The notes under the pieces: model-generated
What the model saw: only the letters and a program-made list of their open reading frames with translations
What the model was told of the DNA's origin: nothing
The model's database searches: none
Shown: positions 18,763 to 24,562 of the stretch, piece by piece
Layout: each line of letters opens with the position of its first letter
How positions within the stretch are numbered: position 1 is the first letter of the stretch
Assembly (NCBI GenBank): GCA_024407725.1
Contig: JAKSVZ010000006.1
Location: 12,860-44,859 of the forward strand
Direction: 5' to 3'
Length of the DNA: 32,000 nucleotides
DNA from: Opitutales bacterium
Lineage (GTDB): Bacteria; Verrucomicrobiota; Verrucomicrobiia; Opitutales; UBA9783
Position numbers and translations under genes: made by a program

Positions 18763-20313
18763 ATGAATTGGGATGCGTTTCAAAAACAGTTTATACCCCT
18801 ACCTAACTTAGACATGGCTTTGGATACCAGCCGAGTTAAGTTTACAAACGACTTTCTGCAATCCTTTCAGCCTAAAATCACGAAAGCACTGGAAGACATG
18901 GAAGGTCTTGAAGCAGGTGCCATCGCTAATCCCGATGAACATCGGCAGGTAGGCCATTATTGGTTACGCAACTTCTCACTGGCGCCAACAACCAGTATTT
19001 ACGACGAATTGAAGCACAATTGGGAACAACTGCACACGTTTATCCATTCGGTGCTTCAGGATAAGCCTTTTACCCATTTACTGTGCATCGGAATTGGAGG
19101 ATCGGCGCTCGGTCCCCAATTGCTCATTGACGCCCTAGAGCCAAAAAACAAAGGATTATCGGCTGTATTTATCGACAATACCGATCCCGATGGCATTCAA
19201 CGCACCTTAAATCGCCTGCAGGAGCATTTAGACAAAACCCTCGTGTTGGTGACCTCAAAATCGGGAAGCACAGCTGAGCCCCGTAACGCCCTCATGGAGG
19301 TACAAGCACGGTTCCGTTCCCTTCACCTTGATTTCGCTCATCAAGCCATTGCCATCACCTGCCCCGACAGCCAATTAGACAAAACCGCGCAAAAAGAGCA
19401 GTGGTTGGCACGTTTTCCGCTATGGGATTGGGTTGGTGGAAGAACCAGCTGGTGCAGCAACGTTGGCTTATTACCAGCAGGATTGTGCGGAATTGATATC
19501 GATGAGCTCGTGGAAGGCGCCGCTGAAATGGATCGCCTTACCCGTTCGGATTCTGCAACACACAACCCAGCACTGTTGTTAGCCTTAGCTTGGTACGTTT
19601 GTTCCGGTGGTCATGGGCAACGTAATATGGTGGTACTGCCTTACAAAGACGCATTGGTTCTGTTCCCGCGTTACTTGCAGCAATTGATTATGGAATCGCT
19701 AGGCAAGCGCTTAACCGTAGATGGTCAGGAGGTCAACCAAGGGCTAACGGTTTATGGCAATAAAGGCTCGACCGACCAACATGCGTACATTCAACAATTG
19801 CGGGATGGCTTACGGGATGCCTTTGTAACGTTTATTGAGGTTCAACGCCCCTATCACCCCAGCAAGGTTTTGGTGGAAAAAACGTTTACTAGCAACGATT
19901 TTCTAGAAGGATTTTTGCTCGGAACCCGCGATGCCTTAACGGAAGTACATTGCCCATCCATCACCCTCACGCTCCAACAATTGGATGCTAAAAGCTTAGG
20001 CGCACTCATTGCCTTATTCGAGCGAGCGGTTGGTTTTTATGCCAATTTTATCCACATCAACGCTTACCATCAACCGGGTGTGGAAGCTGGGAAAAAAGCA
20101 GCGCGCGTTTATTTAGAGCAACAACAGGCTATTTTAACGTATTTACAAAAACATCCCACGGTTTCATTTACCGCCGAACAATTGGCACATGAGCTTCAAT
20201 TGGATGACCGAACTGAAGATGTGTTTAAGCTCCTAGAATACCTAGCGGCCAACAAACACATCCGGTGCGAACGTCATCCCTTGATTGCGCAAAACCAATA
20301 CTCAACCCTTTAA
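18763..20313 (+). CDS. pgi: Glucose-6-phosphate isomerase
   Basis: PGI/SIS-family motifs are present: IGIGGSALGPQ, VTSKSGSTAEP, GGRTSWCSNVGLLP, QQLIMESLGK and STDQHAYIQQLRDG. The ATG is at 18763; an in-frame TTG at 18754 is the track start. Confidence 0.9.
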   Translation: MNWDAFQKQFIPLPNLDMALDTSRVKFTNDFLQSFQPKITKALEDMEGLEAGAIANPDEHRQVGHYWLRNFSLAPTTSIYDELKHNWEQLHTFIHSVLQDKPFTHLLCIGIGGSALGPQLLIDALEPKNKGLSAVFIDNTDPDGIQRTLNRLQEHLDKTLVLVTSKSGSTAEPRNALMEVQARFRSLHLDFAHQAIAITCPDSQLDKTAQKEQWLARFPLWDWVGGRTSWCSNVGLLPAGLCGIDIDELVEGAAEMDRLTRSDSATHNPALLLALAWYVCSGGHGQRNMVVLPYKDALVLFPRYLQQLIMESLGKRLTVDGQEVNQGLTVYGNKGSTDQHAYIQQLRDGLRDAFVTFIEVQRPYHPSKVLVEKTFTSNDFLEGFLLGTRDALTEVHCPSITLTLQQLDAKSLGALIALFERAVGFYANFIHINAYHQPGVEAGKKAARVYLEQQQAILTYLQKHPTVSFTAEQLAHELQLDDRTEDVFKLLEYLAANKHIRCERHPLIAQNQYSTL

Positions 20314-20359
20314 TTTACTTGTCTTTAACGCACCTTATCCTCATGATAACTTCCATTGC

Positions 20360-20515
20360 ATGAAACGTTTTTTGTGTAACATTTTGTTTATTTTGAGCTT
20401 ATTCTGCTTGGGAGGATGCAAAAAAACCGATTGTCCGACCGACTTAAGTGATTCCAAAATTCCTTGGGGTAGGCCAACATCTTGGGAAACCGACAAAATA
20501 GAATTTAAGTATTAA
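20360..20515 (+). CDS. Small putative lipoprotein (51 aa)
   Basis: MKRFLCNILFILSLFCLGGCKK... is a signal peptide plus lipobox L-G-G-C. Its stop overlaps the xth start (TAATG at 20513-20517). There is no homology I can recognise, so this is a prediction from signal features only. Confidence 0.45.
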   Translation: MKRFLCNILFILSLFCLGGCKKTDCPTDLSDSKIPWGRPTSWETDKIEFKY

Positions 20516-21300
20516 TGGCTTCCATTCGACTCATTACTTGGAATGTTAATGGGTTGCGCGCCATTTTAAGAAAAAACTTTTACGATTTTGTCAAAGCCTA
20601 TCGTCCAGATGTTCTATGCCTGCAAGAAACTCGGGTAGATGCTCAACAATGTCCTCACTTAGATGGCTTTGAGCATCAATTCTTCAACCACAGCGAAAGC
20701 AAAAAAGGATACTCAGGTACCGCCATTCTTTCTACCATCGCCCCTATTAACGTCCGCTGTTTGGATGCGGATTTGGAACATCCGGAAGGGCGTATCTTGG
20801 TAGCAGAATTTCCTCAGTTTTTCTTGGTAAACACCTACGTTCCCAATTCCCAGAACTTCCTGCAACGGCTTTCCTACCGCGTGCAGGTATGGGACAAAGC
20901 TTTGCGGACGTTAGCCTGTCAGTTGGATAAACAAAAACCGGTTGTACTTTGCGGAGACTTTAACGTCGCTCATGAACCGATTGATTTAGCCAATCCTAAC
21001 CAAAATCATTTTAATGCCGGCTTTACCGATGAAGAACGGCAATCGTTCTCTGAACATCTGGCAGCAGGGTTTGCAGACGTTTTTCGCCAGCAACACCCCA
21101 ATGTTCCTAAGCAATACACATGGTGGTCTTATCGGATGCGGGCACGCGAACGCAACATCGGTTGGCGTATTGATTACTTTTTAGCTTCTCAACGCCTCCT
21201 GCCAGCCATTACCGACTGCACCCTGTTAACCGAAGTCATGGGCTCTGATCATGCACCGGTAAGCTTGACCTTGGATCTATCCAAAATTCAACAAGGCTAA
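20515..21300 (+). CDS. xth: Exodeoxyribonuclease III (AP endonuclease, EEP family)
   Basis: 261-aa ORF with LITWNVNGLRA, DVLCLQETRV, CGDFNVAHEPIDL, WWSYRMRARERNIGWRIDY and SDHAPV. Confidence 0.9.
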   Translation: MASIRLITWNVNGLRAILRKNFYDFVKAYRPDVLCLQETRVDAQQCPHLDGFEHQFFNHSESKKGYSGTAILSTIAPINVRCLDADLEHPEGRILVAEFPQFFLVNTYVPNSQNFLQRLSYRVQVWDKALRTLACQLDKQKPVVLCGDFNVAHEPIDLANPNQNHFNAGFTDEERQSFSEHLAAGFADVFRQQHPNVPKQYTWWSYRMRARERNIGWRIDYFLASQRLLPAITDCTLLTEVMGSDHAPVSLTLDLSKIQQG

Positions 21301-21415
21301 CGTCTCCAGCGCTTCTAACATCCGTTGTATCGATGGATACGCTCCTCATCCTGCGAGTCTGAAGGATAAAAATCTTGCAGCTACACCCTGCTTTTTAGTA
21401 TCTTATAAAGACGTC

Positions 21416-21491
<76 letters not shown>

Positions 21492-21502
21492 ATTCATTTC
21501 AT

Positions 21503-22303
21503 ATGGGAATATGCCGCATAGTGTATTTTGGGGATATCATGGGAGCTACCGGACGCCGTTACCTACAAGCCCAATTGCCTTCCATTAAGCAACAGTATCA
21601 ACCCGATTTTATCTTTGCAAACGCCGAAAACGCGACCAATGGCTTTGGACTCACAAAGGCCATTGCAGAAGAACTGTACGCCTTTGGTATTCAAGGGTTT
21701 TCTCTAGGTAATCATACGTGGGATCAAAAATCCTTTTGGGGCGAAATCGACAGCATTCCTTATGTTTGCAGACCCGCTAATCTCCCCCCAGCATGCCCTG
21801 GGCGTACCCACTTAGTGTTTAACTGGAACGGTGAATCGATCGCAATCATCAACCTCCTAGGTCGCGCCTGCATCAATATGTCGCTGGATTGCCCCTTCCG
21901 TACCGCCCAACACTTGGTCGAATCCTTAAAATCCCAAGGGATTCATAACATTCTTATCGATTTTCACGCCGAAACCACTTCTGAAAAATGCGCCATGGGT
22001 TGGTTTGGCTCCACCTTAGGAGTGTGCGCGGTAATGGGTACCCATACCCATATTCAAACAGCCGACGAACGTATCTTGAACAACCAAACAGCTTTTATCT
22101 GCGATTTGGGCATGTGCGGCGCTGCCAATAGTATTCTTGGGGCAAAAAAAGACCCCATTATCGATAAATTTATCAACGGAAAACCTTGCCGCTACGAAGC
22201 AGCGGATGGTCCTGCTAAAATCAATGGAGCCTTGATTTGTATCGATTGTACCACCCATAAGGCTTTATCCATCGAACGTATCGCCTTAATGGAACCATGC
22301 TAA
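21503..22303 (+). CDS. ymdB: YmdB-like metallophosphoesterase (TIGR00282 family, 2',3'-cyclic-nucleotide phosphodiesterase-like)
   Basis: Sequence features: RIVYFGDIMGATGRRYL, DFIFANAENATNGFGLT, LGNHTWD, IDFHAETTSEK and GTHTHIQTADERIL. I moved the start to ATG 21503, because the track start at 21458 lies inside the tRNA gene. Confidence 0.8.
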   Translation: MGICRIVYFGDIMGATGRRYLQAQLPSIKQQYQPDFIFANAENATNGFGLTKAIAEELYAFGIQGFSLGNHTWDQKSFWGEIDSIPYVCRPANLPPACPGRTHLVFNWNGESIAIINLLGRACINMSLDCPFRTAQHLVESLKSQGIHNILIDFHAETTSEKCAMGWFGSTLGVCAVMGTHTHIQTADERILNNQTAFICDLGMCGAANSILGAKKDPIIDKFINGKPCRYEAADGPAKINGALICIDCTTHKALSIERIALMEPC

Positions 22304-22340
22304 CCTCATCCTTTTAGCGCCAGAAGCGGCGTATCTTCTA

Positions 22341-22356
22341 CCCCCCCCCAAAAAAA
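22341..22356. repeat. Homopolymer pair C9 (22341-22349) and A7 (22350-22356) in the upstream region of OMP paralog 1
   Basis: Read directly. It sits immediately 5' of AAGCTTGCAA, the same box as the promoter-like sites at 8941, 9291 and 9708, and about 90 nt upstream of the ATG at 22442. Confidence 0.9.
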
Positions 22357-22385
22357 GCTTGCAATTTCAGGAAAACGCCCAAAAT

Positions 22386-22445
22386 CTTATAAGGAAACGC
22401 CTTATAAGGAAACGCCTTATAAGGAAACGCCTTATAAGGAAATGA
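22386..22445 (+). repeat. 15-bp tandem repeat x4, unit CTTATAAGGAAA(C/T)G(C/A), ending on the start codon of OMP paralog 1
   Basis: Three perfect units of CTTATAAGGAAACGC at 22386-22430, then CTTATAAGGAAATGA at 22431-22445, whose ATG (22442) is the gene start. Each unit carries the 8-bp palindrome CTTATAAG and a GGA/SD-like AAGGAA. Confidence 0.95.
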
Positions 22446-23404
22446 CTAAAAGAGTAAGCCTATTATTAGCTCTAAGCATTGCTTTAGGAATCCACACCCC
22501 CTGTTATGGTTTGTACGTCATGGTACGGTCGGGGTTCGGAGAGTTAAAAGCCGACAAACAAATCGGTACTTTTCGTCAAACCAATGGTACATTGCCAACG
22601 TGGCATGAAGCAGCTGTAGGTGCTAATGATAACAATTTGCACTTTGACGATTTTCCATCTTCGTCTTTAGTTCGCAGTAGCAACTGTACTAGTGGTAAAT
22701 TGGAATATAAGAATCATCATAACCTATCGGTTGCTTTGGGTGGACGCTTCGATGTTTTTGATATCGGCGCCTTAGGAATTGAACTCGAAATCCTAGGCGG
22801 TTATGCCAATTTCAAAAATAAAACGCGGGATTTCGTTGACTGTAGAAAAGAGTTCAATCAGCCTCAGAACCTAGATTGGAATGACTTGCTCGTAATGAGG
22901 CGTCCAGATTTCCTCATGATTAAGTATCAAAAAATCGGTGTCATGAATCTCGCACAAATCAGACCGATGTACCTATCAAATCAACGGATTGCAGGAGTAC
23001 AGGCCAATTTCTATTGGGAACAGTATATCTTGGATTGGTTATCCGCTGGAATCGGCGGCGGTATCGGGGGCGCTTATATTGCCACCAAGATGAAAACCTA
23101 TGAAACTTGGAGAAGGTTATGGATTTATCGAGATAGACGCGTGCCCCCTGGCAATCACTACTGTTGGGATGCTGTATTCGGTCTTGATTGGAAACAGCGC
23201 ACAAAGTATGCTCATAACCTAGCTCTGTTGTACAATCTTACCCTGTTTGTACGCGCTGAAAAGTTCGAGACACTCTTTGAAGTCGGATTTAGACATATCG
23301 GATTGCATGAGGTGAATGATAACAAAATCTATGGGCATTCAATCAAAAACCTCGCTAACCTTCATTCCGACCAAATCTATTTGGGCGTAGGAAGAACGTT
23401 CTAA
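22442..23404 (+). CDS. Putative beta-barrel outer-membrane protein, paralog 1 of a variable OMP family
   Basis: 320-aa ORF with a signal peptide (MTKRVSLLLALSIALGIHTPCYG). Alternating amphipathic segments are present, along with Gly-rich strands (GIGGGIGGAY) and the canonical OMP C-terminus ...IYLGVGRTF with a terminal Phe. It is a paralog of 31043..31996. No named family could be assigned from memory. Confidence 0.6.
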   Translation: MTKRVSLLLALSIALGIHTPCYGLYVMVRSGFGELKADKQIGTFRQTNGTLPTWHEAAVGANDNNLHFDDFPSSSLVRSSNCTSGKLEYKNHHNLSVALGGRFDVFDIGALGIELEILGGYANFKNKTRDFVDCRKEFNQPQNLDWNDLLVMRRPDFLMIKYQKIGVMNLAQIRPMYLSNQRIAGVQANFYWEQYILDWLSAGIGGGIGGAYIATKMKTYETWRRLWIYRDRRVPPGNHYCWDAVFGLDWKQRTKYAHNLALLYNLTLFVRAEKFETLFEVGFRHIGLHEVNDNKIYGHSIKNLANLHSDQIYLGVGRTF

Positions 23405-23413
23405 GGACGTTTT

Positions 23414-24562
23414 TTATTGTAATTGCGAGAGGATATAATCCGCTCCAGCGCGTGCTGATTGATTTGGATGATACACATGGCGCTGGCGTAAGGATTGGAG
23501 GGTTTGTTTCCAATCATCCGCGTGGTTGATTAAATCCTGCAAAACCGGTACTAGCTGAGGAATAGCATTGAGGGTAATGGGGATGCCAATGGAGCGTCGT
23601 AGTTGCAACTCAATCGGTTCCAATTCCAAAGCGCGCCAGTTGGGATTAAATTCCTTAGGAGGCGTTTCGATAAAGATTACTGGGCGTTCAGTGCCAAAAG
23701 CGTATTCGAATGCAATTCCTGAGCGGTCGGTAATACACACTGCGGCTTCGTACACATTATCTTCCGTCAACAGGTGATCTTCCCAAATAAAATGAGGCAG
23801 AGCTTGTACCTTCTGTTTAATTTGTTGCGCGCGATCAGGACAGCGTTTTAAAAACTCCGGATGTGGGCGAACAACAACGCGATAATCCGTGTTTTTCAAA
23901 GCATCGATGAGGGCATCAATTCCCTGTTCCATTAAATTCCCTGGACCCCAAGTAGGAGCAACCAACACGGTTGTTTGATTGGGAAATTTCGGGGTGTAAT
24001 GTTGAAACTTTTGGTACACAACATCGATACGCGGATAACCCACCGGTAGCAATTGTTTTGCGGGCAAGGCATACACCTGTTCCCGCTTCTTGATTTCTTC
24101 AGTATGATGAGGGCCTACGCAAAAAATGGCATCATAAGCATCAAAAGCGGTTTCGTTGTATTGCAAATGAGTACTGGAAAAAGCGTGAAATAGATAGACG
24201 TAGGATTTTACTTTCTTGGATTTCCGAAACGCGCGTACCTGCGTACTGTTTAAATCGGGTGCAGTCCAAACAAAACACGTTGCATCGATGCGATCCATAA
24301 CCGATTTCAAACAAAGGTCAAAATAGAAGGGATGTAAGCGCTCGTGGTGATGCGTTAAAATCGGATCCTTTGGGTCATTGGTAAGGTAACTGAACTGGAT
24401 GGATGGATTTTTGAGCAGCTCGGTAATAAATGGCTCAAACGTTTGATAATAGATAGCGCTTTCGGAAAAAAACACCAATTGGCGGCAAGGTGCGAAGTCT
24501 TTGCTAAAAAAACGATTGTATGCCTTAAATTCTCCCCATAGACTTAGGATGTGTTGGAACAT
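23414..24562 (-). CDS. TagB/TagF-like CDP-alcohol (glycerophospho)transferase family protein
   Basis: Roughly 382 aa. The pattern resembles the Glyphos_transf family: YVYLFHAFSSTHLQY...YDAIFCVGPHHTEEI, TVLVAPTWGPG (compare ILYAPTWR), VVVRPHPE, and CITDRSGIAFEYAFGTERPVIF (compare ITDYSSxxFDFxxLxKPIIF). I prefer the ATG at 24562; the track start is TTG 24571. Motif recognition only. Confidence 0.5.
   Translation of the reverse strand: MFQHILSLWGEFKAYNRFFSKDFAPCRQLVFFSESAIYYQTFEPFITELLKNPSIQFSYLTNDPKDPILTHHHERLHPFYFDLCLKSVMDRIDATCFVWTAPDLNSTQVRAFRKSKKVKSYVYLFHAFSSTHLQYNETAFDAYDAIFCVGPHHTEEIKKREQVYALPAKQLLPVGYPRIDVVYQKFQHYTPKFPNQTTVLVAPTWGPGNLMEQGIDALIDALKNTDYRVVVRPHPEFLKRCPDRAQQIKQKVQALPHFIWEDHLLTEDNVYEAAVCITDRSGIAFEYAFGTERPVIFIETPPKEFNPNWRALELEPIELQLRRSIGIPITLNAIPQLVPVLQDLINHADDWKQTLQSLRQRHVYHPNQSARAGADYILSQLQ

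Noticed and set aside
22386-22445. Tandem 15-bp repeats considered as a possible CRISPR array
   Set aside because: The units are directly adjacent with no spacers, are far shorter than CRISPR repeats, and no cas genes are present. This is a simple tandem repeat.
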